A stretch of DNA of 63,791 nucleotides, the filler included, from Phoronis australis (Eukaryota; Animalia; Phoronida), in the NCBI GenBank assembly GCA_002633005.1. It is 5 parts of 5 records of this genome, joined end to end, with 100 filler letters (N's around TTAATTAATTAA, not from the genome) between each part and the next. Parts side by side here need not be neighbours in the genome. Positions count along the whole stretch, not along the records: positions 15,390 to 45,921 come from NMRA01000042.1; 4 more parts are not named here. The stretch is one strand, 5' to 3'. The translations under genes were made by a program, and so were the position numbers. This document shows, in pieces, positions 23,364 to 37,277 of the stretch (the stretch's first letter is position 1; each line of letters starts with the position of its first letter). Under the pieces are notes generated by a model. The model had not been told where the DNA came from and did not search any database. It was given only the letters and a program-made list of their open reading frames with translations.

Positions 23364-26300
23364 ATGATGAAGATATCATTGGTATGTTCATACCGTCGTT
23401 GGGCACCACATTTCAAGTTATCATTATTCAGATTTTATTGAATTCGAGCCGGTTATTTTTCGACAGTTTTGTACTAACGCTCTTTACATTTACAAATTTA
23501 ATTCAGAAAAAAGACAATGTTTGATGATTGTATTTTTAACATACATGTACGTTTAGCTAGATTTAAAAGCAAAATGTTCAGAATTTCAAACACAAGTCAT
23601 TTGGATCCTCACATTTTCAGGAGCACGAAAAGATTTTCCGCAAACAGCTCACAGTAAGGTGTTGTTTTGCGGGTTTATCTTCAAGGGCAAATGTACGCAA
23701 AATAATGCGCACGAGCCACATGTGGTATACATGTATGAAATAAGATACCCACGAAAACTAGTGGCAGAATACATAGGACTATTCAGTCTCGTGGCTGTGA
23801 CCATCAGTATGACTGTTACGTGAGTATACGTAGGAAAATGCAACTGACGACGAAAGATGGCGTGTCAAGCTGCGCTCCTGATGTCCCTAAATTCGTGGAA
23901 ACAGCCTATATGTAGGTATTTTAAATTATCAAGCAACTTCGCTAATGTAATGCATCTCGACAAGCGCACTAAGCATGTGCATATACATGTACAGGTTTCC
24001 GCCTTTCTTCCAAAAACAATGGTTCGCTTATACACCAGAATCTCTTTGCATATTATTAGACCAACCCTGATGAAAACATTAAAACAGGGTCGTCTGTAAT
24101 GAAGTGATATTAATCACGGTGTACCGGCCTCGTACTGACAGGCCAGATACATCATTGTAAATGGAGAAATATCCAGTGTCCATTTATATCTTGCAAAAAC
24201 CCATATAGTTGTTGTACAGTACGTGGGATTTCTAAAAGGGCGGAAAGACTTTCACCAAAGGGAGAGAAAATATTGGTGGCGAGACAGAGGGAGGGCTGGG
24301 GAAAGGGGAGGCAGCTGCCCAAACAATGAGAAAGGGATACCACGGTGACGACCAGAGGGTCCTCTCACGCCACAGCTGTCGTAAAACTCTTTCATGTACT
24401 ATACCAAATGTATTTGCGAGAACACGACGTTGCATCTACTATGACATAAATTGGACACCAGCCTTTGTTTCCTAATGTTGACAACTCAGGGCGCTAAGCG
24501 GGAAATCAATGTTTTATTATATTTATAAAATCATTGAAACATGACAACTGAAAATACTGCTTTTGGTCTATCTACACTGTTCGCAATTTTGATATAATCA
24601 ACTATATAATCCACACAAATAATTGTGACCAAAACGATTCTCTAAGTTTTTCACGGACTGACTTCCCATGTCTCCGTTTTTCCTGCAGGTCTACGCGAGA
24701 TCACTCAACTATATGTTTTCAGTGATTGCAGCCAATATAGCTCAGTCACTTGCTACTGCATTGTCTGCTCGGTGAACGTAATGAAGTGACTTTAAGTACA
24801 TGCAGATACATTTTTTATCACTTGTTTGCTGGTGTGCCACAAAGTGAATTCTGTGCGGGCCCGAGGCGGGCTGTGTGTCCCATATGATCACTGTAGACCG
24901 AGGCGGGCTGTGTGTTTCCCTGTGGTCACTGTGGTCCGAGGTGGGCTGTGTGTCCCATATGCTCAACGTGGTCCAAGGTGGCTGTGCGTCCCATATGGTC
25001 ATTGTGGTCCCAGGTGGGCTGTGTGTCCCATCTGGTCAATGTGGTCCGAGGGGGGAGTGCTGTGTGTCCCATGTGGTCATTGTAGTCCGAGGTGGGATGT
25101 GTGTCCCATATGGTCAATTCGTAGTTAATAATTGTTACAGACAAAAACTGGCTCTTTGTATCAGGTTAAATTAAGGAAATGTCAAGAACAGTAGCTGTCA
25201 TATTGAGAATGTCTGTTCCAAAACCATACTGCATATGGTGACTTTTTTCAGTTCTTCATTTTGGCTATCACCACCTTCGCACGTGGTCATGACCAAATTG
25301 CGAACGTCGAAAGCGTGCAAGAGGTCAATAGGGATGAAGGGCCGTTAGAACGTGAGCTGTCTGAGGAAATAGCGGAGAACACGGATGCTGAAGAAATGGA
25401 AGCGAGAGCAGCCGTCGACAGCAACGAGGAAGAGGAAGAACAAGTAGAGGACGCTATTTCTGATGTGGAGACACGGGCAAATAGTAAGATTTTACTTACA
25501 TTGTCTTCTGTAATGTTCATAAAAGATTTCGTGACATCGGAGCGGTGAGGAATTGGAATTCATACCGATGGTGAGGCGGCTATGAGATAAGCTGAATGAA
25601 GAGCCAGTGTCTACCCCAGTGGGGCGCCAACAACGCCATTCTCGTTTGGCACTTATTTATTAAAGGGATAGCAAAACCGGTTCTGGCCTGTTAACAGATA
25701 TTAATGAAAACGACATTTCCATCCAGTTTTGTGAAACAAAATAATGACTGTAACCCTCGGCAACCGTCAAAATTATGAAGCAAAAATTGAGGTCACGATA
25801 CTGTTCTGCTTGACCTGGCTTTAGGCTACTTACACAAGAACTGTAGCTAAAGACCACCCACCAAGAATCATAATGTCCGATTTGTGACACAGAGCATGAG
25901 CGCAACCGGGGGGGGGGAGAGCTTGGGGGGCTGGAACGAACCCCCCCCCCCATTTGGCGAAGTGGGCAAAAAGATTAGCTCCAGAGAAACAAAATTTCTG
26001 AAAAAGTATAAAACAAGACAACAGTCCACTAAAAAGACAATGTACAATTCAAAGGTCTGAACTGACCCCCCCCCCCTTTTAGTAAAAGGCCCACATTCAC
26101 AAAAAATTCGAGGCCCCACGTTGTTTAGGCTGGGTGCGTGCATGCAGAGAGTATGAATTTGTAGTTGAATCCTCTTTTTATCACTCAAGTTGGACGCCAC
26201 TGATGCATTCGCAGGTGAAAGTACGACAGATTGCTTGAAATCACAAATACAGTGTTTAACACAATAAAGTAAAACGACGAGCGTCGGTACCAAAATTTAT

Positions 26301-29300
26301 TAAAATATATTTACTAATATATATATATTAAAATATATTTCAATACCGAAGCTCGTTGTTTTACTTTATACTATTTCACTTTTCGTAGCCGTCAGTAACC
26401 GCACGAAATTCCAACACTTATTTCATTTATTTAGGGTTTAGTACCTTTTTAAGAGCGGGATCAGGCTAATATTCCCCAGAGTACTGTAGAATTTGATAAA
26501 ATTGTATGCGTCGTGCTTGAGTCCTCACATTGAATGTGTGTCGTGCCCAAGTACGTAGAATGTCTTATCATTGTATGTGTCGTGCTTGGCTAGACTGAAA
26601 TCGTTAGTATTACAATGTCCATGTGTAGTGAACGAGTTCCCGTTTGAATTTCTTAGCAGTGTATGAGCCATGCTTTCGAACGTTAAGAAAAACTGGTGCA
26701 TTAAGTTGTATAAAAACAACCTCTGAACTAGCGTACGCAGTTTATTTCTGTATTCTTGCAAGAAGGGTCAAAAGATAATACTACGTTCTTGGGATGAGAT
26801 TTATTCGAACTTGAAAGCTCTTCAAATTCTAAATTATGTTTGCGCAATTTCTTATAACAACAATTTTCAAGTACAAAAACACAGATTATTGTTTACAGAA
26901 GGATATATCCACACTGTTGCAAATAATTATGATGATGTTATTGTCGAACAGGAAGGTGGAAAGAACTGTTCAGACCTCATGGATTTAACTGTGGATGTTG
27001 TCCTCGACGCACAAAAGTGACACATGCGTACAGTCCGCGTTTACCTGGCAAGTTCTGTCCAATGGTTAAGCCGAAATCTCTCTATATGACCGACTGCTAG
27101 TAAGTTCGATTCCATAGCAGCATACATGACGGCGTCCTGTCGTTCAGCAACTTTTCCAGACGTGAGGGGTTCTGAACGTGCGATAACATCTGGCTCCGCT
27201 GCCCAGCATAGTCTTTTGTCCCGTATGATAACAAGCACGCCAATTATCTCCCAGGCTTCGAAGGGTTACTGAAACCTGGCAGAATGGATTGTCTTAACTT
27301 CTGTTGTAGTTGGGCGATTTTGGCGATTCAAAAACTAAACATGATCAGCATTTGACAAAGAGTTCGAAAATTCTACTGGTTTATGTTGAAATGTTTTATA
27401 ACTTAACTTTCATTTCCAACAGTAAAGCCCAGTCAGGCTAGATACGATCTGATCGGAAATTAGAGCAACTATCGAACAAAAGAGAGCCGGTCCTCCAACC
27501 ATCAATGCCAGTATAGAGTCAATCAGTCGTGTAAGATACTGGCTACAGGGGTAAACTTCCCAAGTTGTTGTTGGGCCACAGAATCGAACAACTTGGGAGC
27601 AACAGGAAAACGCCGTAATGATTTATACTATTGTCTCAAATAGTGTTACTGGTACTGTATATCGTTTCCCGGTATGAGTTCTTTTAAGAACATAAAAGTT
27701 CTGACAATGCAGTGTACACGTGGGCACTTACAATTACACGTGTCTTCGTTGATTAACAGATTTCTGTAGCATTTTACTTACGAGAGGCTGAAAGCTATTG
27801 TTAACAAGCCAATTAATTTGCTTTACATCAGCCTGTCAAGAGCGCAAGAGGCGTGGTCAGCCATTCACAGGACAATCTACCTGACGCTAAGTTTAAAGCG
27901 GATATGGACATGGCACCACACCATGTCAAAAACTTTATACCACTTACCGTTATCAAATTAGAAATAAACAGCTAGTTCCTCATGCGGAACGGAAGAGATG
28001 TCTTGGTCCAAGAAGAACAGACAGTGCCTTAAGGCTCGACACTAGTCTCAAAGGGTGGCATGTTTCTGCGCACTGAGTAAGGTTTCCGAAGAAACAACGA
28101 TCTAATAGTTGTTCCCAAGCAGCAACCTAGGTTCTTCAGCAATACGCCCCCTATCGGGATAATGTGAGTGGTATAAACCGACTAGTTTTTGGCATAAGAC
28201 GATCATTTTAAATTGCTTCCATCTTCATTATTTGAAATGACCTACTTTGATTGGTTTCACGGCGGAAAAGCGCGATTTTGGGGTCTTTGCTGGATGGGTT
28301 GGACTTCGCGAAGTCATCAGAAACTTTTACCAGAGCTATAAAACAGCAAAAGTCATTGGGCTTTTGTGATTGTTATACAAAGTGCCGTTGTCTGCCACAC
28401 ATTTGCTGAAACCAAGAGCGGTGACTTCCAGTTAATGCGTACTCTGCCATGAACCGAGTTTCGTTTAGTTCCATCAGCAGCGCCGTTGATCGACTGCAAC
28501 CGCGTTTTTGCAAGTTCAAGTCTGCGCTGAGATTGACCTCACAAAATCACTTTTCTTGCCGATGTTGTAACTTTAATGTTGTGGAAGTACGTATACTATG
28601 ACCTCCACGTATATTCAGTCAGAAATGAGGGTTGAGTTTCGAAGACACAAGAATCTCGCTAAGGAAGCTATTGTAATCACGTGCTTCGCTAATTGCATTT
28701 CATGACAATATCTCGCGAAGTCTTGTAAGTTCTTGCCTTTCTCGCAAGACACTAACCGGTTTAGGGAGCGCACGCCGCTGTTACCCGGTCACGTGCGGTG
28801 TTGGTCGACGAAACGTCTAGCGCTTTAAAGAGTTTTCAAAGAAATTTGGAATGTTCTCCACAGTTGTTATGAAGCATGTCTGGATTGTAAAATAATCATC
28901 CTTTGTTATGTTCAGACGCCTTCAAAAGAATTCGCAATCCCAAATTAAAGAAATTTGCCATGCAAAAGACCAGTTCTAAAAAGCAACCTCTTGTCTGTTT
29001 CCGCATTCGCTAATTGAAACCATCGACGTCTACTCTTGTTTCCAGATGCCTCCAGTATTTCAAGTAAAACTTAGGTCAGTACATGTAGATGTGTTGAAAA
29101 TGACTAAATGCATGTATGGATGGCTTACTTTGGATGTTGTCTCTCAAATCAACGACATAAACTTTGCGACAAAAGCACGTTTGACAAAATGGCAAGGGGA
29201 AAAAGAGATGTGTGTGGAACATACTGGCGACTTCTTTCATAACCCAGTTTTTTCTGGATTAGCACCCTGTTTGTTTTGATTCATTTAGGCCTCGTAACTG

Positions 29301-29860
29301 CCTCAGGTAACGCTTTGATTTGCAAAATTTGGGCGAAGTTGTGTTACAAGGGGTAAGTACATTCTCCGGCGTGTCTGGAAATACATATTTTCTGATAGTC
29401 GGGTTACCTCAGTCCCAATGTGCCAACAGGTATCGCCATCTGGCGCTCGGTCACTCAACCAACCCAATTCCAATCACGTTGTTTCTTCCACTAAAGTTAC
29501 TAGCACATCAAGCCAACACACTTAGCAATAAATCAAGAAAGTCGTCACACCACTTTCAATTCCAGCAAGGAACTAGTTAATACTAATTTTATAACTGTAA
29601 GTGGTCTAAATTAAATTGAAAAGTGTTGGTGCATAAACCATTGAACAACAGTTACCATTCTAAGTTTCTTTTCCAGCAAACCACCCGGTCACTGCGTGAA
29701 AGTTAGCACCGTCAAAGGTAGACTTGTTAGTCGCGTAGTTGGAGTGTGCAAACATCTTTACAGTCGCACCATAACCATTACAGTGCGCTGTCGTAACAAC
29801 AGGTTTTACAGGGTGCGGTTGAGGCACTACGTCCGATGTGCGTGTATTCATTACCTCTGA
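23364..29860 (+). CDS. Secreted cystine-knot-like prepro-protein, paralogue A (193 aa, 4 exons)
   Basis: Exons 23364-23381, 25252-25483, 26952-27099, 29677-29860; all introns GT-AG, phases 0/1/2, open frame. Protein: MMKISLFFILAITTFARG-HDQ...(acidic)...VETRANRR-WKELFRPHGFNCGCCPRRTKVTHAYSPRLPGKFCPMVKPKSLYMTDCYKPPGHCVKVSTVKGRLVSRVVGVCKHLYSRTITITVRCRNNRFYRVRLRHYVRCACIHYL*. AATAAA at 29951. Paralogue B independently supports the exon structure. Confidence 0.9.
24854..25115 (+). repeat. ~37-bp minisatellite (~7 units) in intron 1 of gene A
   Basis: Approximate unit GTGGTCCGAGGTGGGCTGTGTGTCCCATATGGTCACT. Confidence 0.9.
25895..26144. mobile_element. MITE with CATG(A/C)GCGCA-type TIRs and possible 5-bp TSD CAGAG (intron 2 of gene A)
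   Basis: CATGAGCGCAACC...GGGTGCGTGCATG flanked by CAGAG on both sides; related copy at 37278-37535. Confidence 0.65.
26264..26369. repeat. Inverted repeat with AT-rich loop
   Basis: ATAAAGTAAAACGACGAGCGTCGGTA ... TACCGAAGCTCGTTGTTTTACTTTAT. Confidence 0.75.
27127..27620 (+). repeat. ~500-bp dispersed repeat (inverted copy at 55887-56425)
   Basis: Shared blocks such as AATCAGTCGTGTAAGATA.TGGCTACAGGGGTAAACTTCCCAAG and GTTCTGAACGTG.GATAACATCT. Confidence 0.8.
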
Positions 29861-31159
29861 GTAGCCAAGACAGAAGACGGAATGACTGGGTGAAAATTTT
29901 CGTGCTCTTGCAGCCATGTCCCTGTTGAATACAGCTGTGATTGCTCTTGCAATAAAGCAAAATTACTTAAGCATTACAAGAGTGTCGTTACTCAGGAAAT
30001 GTAGAATCGCAAACTGTCATCGCTCTCTTCCTCAGTGCTTTTCTTGCTCAATCAGGTTTCTACAGTGGCGGGGTACAGTGACTGGGAACGGAAATGAGAA
30101 ATTATTTTTTCCTTACTCAAGCGCCCGACTAGTCCGTCGAGCGCCCAAGTCATAACTCGGGCACTCAAATTATTTCTCATGCTCTTTCCCAGCCACCGTA
30201 GGTTTCCCTATACATTTTTCATGAACAGAGAAGTAAACGCAAATTCGGCAGGTTTTGAAGGCGGGCTGTTTTCCATACAGATGGCCAGATGATCAAGAAA
30301 CCTTCTTTCATATCAATATTAGTAAATGCAAGGAAACACTCACCGTCCTACAAATTACTACAGCTGAAGTTAGGAAACTTCTTGAGGGCATCGATAGCCA
30401 CAAATCAAACAGTATTGAATTCGTAACAAAGTATATCATAGATATATAGGCAAAGAATTTCCTGTTCCTCTCACAACAATGTATTTTGTTTTGACCAACT
30501 GAAAGGTAGTGATAATGGTATCAATTTGGGAGAAGGGCCCACTTGTTTTTAGCAACAAAGAGTATGATCTCCTAATGAAATCATTCATACAATTACTGTT
30601 TGGAAAAATAACAATGAAAAATATATTTTCTTTGATTTATGCTATGTCTTTGGCAGTAAAAGTATATATTTTCTAAATGTAGAAACCCTGGTTGATTTGA
30701 TTATTGACTTTATACCAATATCCTATTAAATGGGTCACGCGACCATGAAATTTTTGTGAAGTTTAACAAAAAAGGTATATTCATAAGAAAACAACGGTAC
30801 CAATAACATGACCAATTTCATTTGATAGAATTGTTTTGGGAAAAATCTCAAAAACAGTCTTTTAAATGATCTCTTCGTCTTCGTTTCATGCAGATTTCGA
30901 TTTTTTCATAAAAAATCATAAAGTTCCTATTTTGGTAACCTCTTCACAAAAGTGGAACTTTTTGAAAATAATTCCAGCGTTTTGTCAAACAAAGTTCAAA
31001 GCATAATATCAGAAGTTTGATACGAATCCAATCAGCCGTTTCCGAGATATGGCATCATGTTTTGGAGTTAGCCAATTTGGACATTTTTCTAGGGTTCTAT
31101 GCAATCTTAAAGATGCATATTTTCATTAAATTGTGAATTTGCAAATGAAGTACTAATTT

Positions 31160-33190
31160 TCAAACAACCCCGTGTCCTCCAGTGTGCTGGAAACCACCCG
31201 AGAATCAGTTACCATTACAATCTCGCAGAAGTCAAGTTTTGCGAGACTATTTGTATGTAAATGAGTATGATAATAATTCATTATGGAGGACGAAGACCCG
31301 ATGTCGGCCAAGAGAACAAAGAAGGTCGGTATCAAACAATTTGTCCCACACAAAATGTCCAAGCCAATCCGCAGCAAGTCATGGATCACTAGGGACATAC
31401 AGAAACTCATGACCAAGCTCGACAAGATATTCTCTGATATGAAGCGGAACAGCGGAGACCCCAAACGTCGATACAAGCAAGTAAAAGCTCATATACAAAG
31501 ACGTACAAAACGGTATTACTGGAAACTTATTGAAGATGTAAATCACTGCACCAACAACAAACAGTTCTGTTCGAACATATAAAACCAAAAGCAACGCAAT
31601 GATCGAACTGGAATATTTGCCATGAAAATTGGAGGCAAAATTATGTAAAACAAAAAAGGCGGGGATGACTGCTTAATTAACCAATTCCAGTCAGTCTTCT
31701 TGGAAAGAATACCACCCACTTGACTTGAAAACAATTAGTCGGAATACAGCACCGTGGCAAACCTTTTCGACTATGCTCGACATTACCATAAATACTACTT
31801 TTGTCATTAACCTACTTGATCATCTGGACAAGTCCCCGGGTCCAGACGTCATTAATCCTAGTGTTCTCAAAGAACCTGCTCCTGTCATCGCTCCTGCTCA
31901 AAGCAAGGTTTTTCAAAAATTATTTGACAGCGGCACGGCGCCTTTAGACTGGAAAACTGGCAATGTATCTCCAATCTTCAAGGAGGGTCAACAATTTTAC
32001 CCAGCTAGCTACAAAGCCATCTCTGTAACATAGATAGCTAGTAAGCTAATGGAACACGTCTTATTCAGCAACATCGTGGACCAAGCGTCATCTAACAACA
32101 TCCTGTATAACCTCCATCATGGCTTCATAGCAAAACGATCATGCGAGACCCAATTCGTACAATTTGCACATGATCTCGTAAGCATTTTATGCAAACAGAT
32201 TTACTGATCATGGACTTCTCGAAAGCTTTTGGCAAAGTAAACCATCATAAATTATTGTCCAAGCTATTGACTTACGGTGACAGAGGGAAACTATTCCTGT
32301 GAATTTAGTCTTTCTTGTTAGGTTGTTCACAGAAAGTGGACCTCGATAGAGATAAATCTAACACCATTGGTGTATCATCTGAAGTCCCTCAAGGATCAGT
32401 CATCGGACACTGTCTGTTTTTGTTTTATATGAAATGACATTGCTGAAAACCTGACATCCAAATCTCACCTCTTTGCAGATGACACCATAACCTATCTGAC
32501 AATTAAGAGCAATTCTGATTCAGCGAAGCTCCAACAAGACCTCGACAGGCTTACCTTGGAGACTAGATCGCTGATGAAACTCCATCCTGATAAGTGCCAG
32601 GTACTACCTGTTTACAGGGGTAAAACATTTGTCATTTCTCATTATCGACTTCACAGTCAGACACTCGAGATCGTTGACTCAGCTAAGTACCTCGGACTTA
32701 CTTACACATCTGACTTATCATGAATCTCACATGTAGATTCCATCACTACAAAAGTCAGCAACAAACTGGGCCTTCCACGTAGGAACGTATGCAGTTGGGC
32801 AATTCTTGTGTGAAAGAAAATGCCTTAAAATCTCGTGTAAGCCCCATCTTAGAGTACTGCTCTAGCATCTGGGACCTACATGTATACACTGAACGAAATG
32901 TCAAAAAATGACATGGTCTAGCGCAGAGCATCCAGATGTGTAACTAATATATATAGACAAAGCTCCGGTGTGACGGACATGCTTCATCAGCTCAACTGGA
33001 GGTCTCTGGAAAATATAAGCGCTAGCATGAAACTCACAAAATTACGATGTGGTTGCAAGCAACGATGCTGTCTTCTTAACCCCATTATCGCCTACTCGCT
33101 CTTCTAGGCAAAGCCCTCCACTCTTATCCCGCATTCCATATAGTAGACAAATTTTTCATTTACATATATATAGCATCTTCCCAACCACCA
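31160..33190 (+). mobile_element. Degenerate CR1/L2-group LINE reverse transcriptase fragment
   Basis: Motifs KSPGPD, DWKTGNVSPIFK, HGFIAKRSCETQ, MDFSKAF, VPQGSV, LFADDT, LQQDLDRL and KYLGLT, with many stops and frameshifts. Confidence 0.9.
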
Positions 33191-33235
33191 TTAGATTGTA
33201 ATTCCAACCTTGACACTGCGATGGCTTGGTGTAGT

Positions 33236-33315
33236 AAGGAGAAGAAGGAGAGAAAGAAGAAGACGAAGAAGGATGAGGAAGAAGAGGAACAGAGTGAGAA
33301 GGAGATGAAGAAGAA
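33236..33315 (+). repeat. Purine-rich (GAA/GAG) low-complexity tract
   Basis: aaggagaagaaggagagaaagaagaagacgaagaaggatgaggaagaagagg... Confidence 0.8.
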
Positions 33316-36300
33316 TCCCTGGGAAACCCCACAGCATTTTCGTTACCCTAGTGAAATAAGGCACAGTTGTTATTATTCGTTTTTTCAATATCAAATAACA
33401 ATTCTTAATATTTGGAATTACTAGGTTTCTTGTATGTTCACACTTGTTTTTAAATGTATCAGTTGTCGAGATTTCTTTAAAACAGCAATTTATTTACAAA
33501 CTGTTTCTTTTCCTTATTATACTTGCACACGCAGTTCTACAGGAAGTCACTGGGTGGTGCTTGCTACAAATTTAAATATTCAAGGTTTTGACGAGACATT
33601 GCATCTTTCAGGTGCTCAATTACATAAAAATATATCTGAAGAGGCTATTTTCAACACAAGACATATTGCAGAATGACTGCCTTGGAGAACAACCTTACTT
33701 TCGGAATCCCAATCTGATTCTAAGCCAACTCGTGTAAATCAACAATACTAATTTGGGAATAACAGAAATGCATTATCTGTTAATGTAAGAGATACGCAAT
33801 TGCTCGCAATGATCAAAACTAGCCAGAAAGAAATATTCTACCACAAAACGACAACTTAACCCCAATCTGATCTTAGCGAGCGTTCTCGGTGATCAGTTCA
33901 TACTGAACGTCAAAACGAAAGAAATTCCGCACAGATTTACACACCAAGATCAAGATGGCATTATCATCAACATCTAAAATGTTTACAAAAATGTAGTCAA
34001 GATTTTTAAAATGCTGATGTTAATATGATCATGATGTTGTAGTGAAAATTTAATGTTTAAATTCTTCCGTTTTGGCATTCGGTTCTCACTGATGTTCAGG
34101 TATCATCGATTCTAATTTTAGGTCAGACATAAGTTTGGCATCACCAAGAAGGCTGTTAAATATGCACGAGTGTTACTATACAGTAAATGTCGTATTCTGA
34201 GCAATATTACAAATGGTCTGGTGGAGATGAGGAATTCTCGATCGAGTATTTCCAGGCATACCAAAAATTTGAACCAAGAGTTTTGTAAAAGAACAGAGTA
34301 AAGAAACTGGGCCACTATCGAGCAATTGACGCGATTCCCAAGTCCCATTTTGAGGACATTCCTTCTTGGACTTGCTTTGATGGACTTGTGAAGTTGCGCC
34401 ACTGTGTGACGGTACAAGTTTTAAACGTGTTTAAGCAGCCGCGAAATTTTTGTTTTACACATTCATTCCCAGCATGCCAAAAAATTCTACAGCCTAAGAC
34501 ATTCTGATAATAAAAACAAGCAAACCGACCAGTGTGCACCACTCACTAAATTGTCAATTAGTTTTCGACAACGTGAGGAAAATTTAACCATCTATATCTA
34601 AATATATAAAACTGCCTATTCATTCCAAAATATATTTCTCTAAGGTATAGTACTGTTTCGAAACATTCGCAAAACCATAAATAGATAGTCAGGTACCCTC
34701 TATCAAAATTAAACTTGTTAATAAATATATCTCATTGATTACAAAATGGCTAATGGCAGCGGAATAAATTGTTTTTAAAGCTCTCAATGCTGAAGCAAAC
34801 AATTCACCACTAAATAGTTTGCCTACATTTGAAGTGAATTCAAGTTTTAAACAACATTAAAGAAAAAATATATAGGTTGAATGCACAAACAGTAAACTGT
34901 GATCTAAATTCCATTATAACTGAGTGGCACGAGACGTAACTCTGGGAATTACACCCTGTACTGTATTTTACTTGCATTTTAGGTGACCGGCGCATCCTTT
35001 TGCGAGGTGAAAGTGGCTTCTTTAATGGTTTAGCACTGAACAAATCTCATCGTTTGTTCTTAACTATACAGTCGTCCTCCATTTTCTACTTTGTCTCAAC
35101 AAGAGTGACGTCATTTTCCCAACAATTAAGGGGGCACACTACAGCTAGAGCAGGGTTTTGGCTGACGACACACATCCAAGTGGAGACTAGTCCTTATCTC
35201 ACGTCCTTATCAAGAGCCTGAACAAAACAAAAGATTTTTTGGCGTTCCCAACTCAACAGCACTACTCATGGTAACTGAAACTTAATTCTGCTACAGATTT
35301 TTAATCGGCTATTTCACATCAGGAAAAAATACCGGCACACAAAAATAGGACCAAAAATACCACATTTGACCGTTTTCTCCCCAAATTTACTACTTCTCTG
35401 CAAGTGCTAGAAAAAATCTAACAACAGATTCAGCATTTTCGTTCTCTCTAGTTTCTAAAAATATGGTCATAGTACCCCCCTTACCAGCTAATTTTTTCTC
35501 AATTTGGATCTGTCTAACAGCCATCTGAAATCGCACCCGTTTTCTTAGTAACCAGGCGACAGGGGTTGAAAGTAAGCGACAGCCACCACTTTGCAAGAAA
35601 AGTGGGTCACGGCTAAAAAACTTGGCTTTCTCATTCAAGCAAATCCCTTTCCTAGCAATTTTTTAAACAAATTCCTCAACCTCCCGCCAAACTTGACACA
35701 CACCCTGTATTTAAATTTAGAAACCCTGTTCACTGCCACCTTTAAGTAAACAGCTTCCTTTGTTCGCCCCCTGTCGGCTTGTTTGATGAAAGCAAGTGAC
35801 ATCAGCCTCCGGGATTTTCAAAAGAGCCCCACCATCATTGCGAATTTTATGGAAAAGAAGGACAGAACGACAAACTTGAATAAAAAACAACGTAGGCCCA
35901 GATGACGTCTAACTTTTGTCGGTAATGTAAATCCTGAGGTTTGAAAATTTTTGGAATAGGGTTGCTGTTTAGAGAAAGCTGGAAAATGCAGCTCCAGGTA
36001 CTTTCGATATTTTTGCTAAAATTAACCAATTCTGTAATTCATTTACGCTAAAACCCTTACATCTTCATAAGCAAATTTAAGTGTCAGCACGTAACTACCG
36101 CGCTATTTGTTTATTTCAAGGCCGGCGGTTATTGAACCAAGTTTTGAACACACGCACGACCTATTTTGAACAATGAATGATACTAATAGGTTTTTTTAAA
36201 ATTCTATTTCGCAATTTGTTTTTCTCTTTAAACCGGGCATATTTACAGAAGCAATACCAGTGGCTATCACTGACTGGTATTTTTTCACTGTCGTTGTTTT

Positions 36301-37277
36301 CAAACGAATTCATTTCCTCATAACCAGCCTGACGTTTTTAAAGATATCACGTAGGCTTACATATAACACATGAATACGCAGTTTTATTATTTTATTTGTC
36401 GGTTTTCAGAGATTTTTGGACACTTGCTTTACCAAGTTTTGGTAAAGTTTATTACCATTTAGTGGGCATAGAACCGTTTGACAGTTTTCTATTGAAAGGC
36501 CACTGATCGTTTCAATGAGCGGCAGTCCGTCTCATCTACGCAGTTAACAACTCACTGTCGACAACTATTGAATTATTGCAGTGGCCCAATAAAGCAAAAG
36601 TTGGCGATTTAAAATGAACAAAATTACCCTACTGTACACGTATGCTATTGTTGAATGGTGTGGATAGCATAAACCATTCAAATAAACACAGGTTCCGAGA
36701 GTGATGAATGGCCCTATATTTAATTTTTTATATAAGTTCAGATTCTTTGCCTGGCATGTTGCTTGCTTTACAGCCGTTGTCTGCTCTCCTGATTTACACG
36801 GTCAAGGGTTTGTGATTTCTGAAGCCTACAGTCGATGAGATCACGTTACGATATTTGACGCCTGCACTACGCGTGTCATCTTGTCTACTGAACTGCACGT
36901 GCACAAAATCTTGCTTTTTTGAACTCGGATAGCAACAACTGAAGGTGAAGTACCACCGGGAACAAATGACAGCGAAGTTTCCACCCATTAAAAATCTCGT
37001 TCTTGAAACAGAAATACACATTAAATAGTGTCGCAAATTTTTTAATTGAATTTAATTAAATTAGCATCAGTCAAGAAGTCACAACGACTTGGTGAGCCAA
37101 GTGTGTTATGTTCTACCACTTGTCAAGATTTAGCCTCTTGAACAATTTTCTGTCAGGTGACACCATTCAAAAGTCCACGAAAATATGATTTATCATTATT
37201 ATTATATCACATTGTATAATATTTAGCAGAAAGATTACAAAATAAGATTGAAAGCTGTCAGTCGTCAGTACAAGTGC

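Noticed and set aside
29660-29960. Cys-containing - strand ORFs
   Set aside because: Antisense shadows of gene A exon 4.
33221-33424. Charged K/E-rich ORF
   Set aside because: Translation of a GAA/GAG low-complexity tract next to a LINE end.
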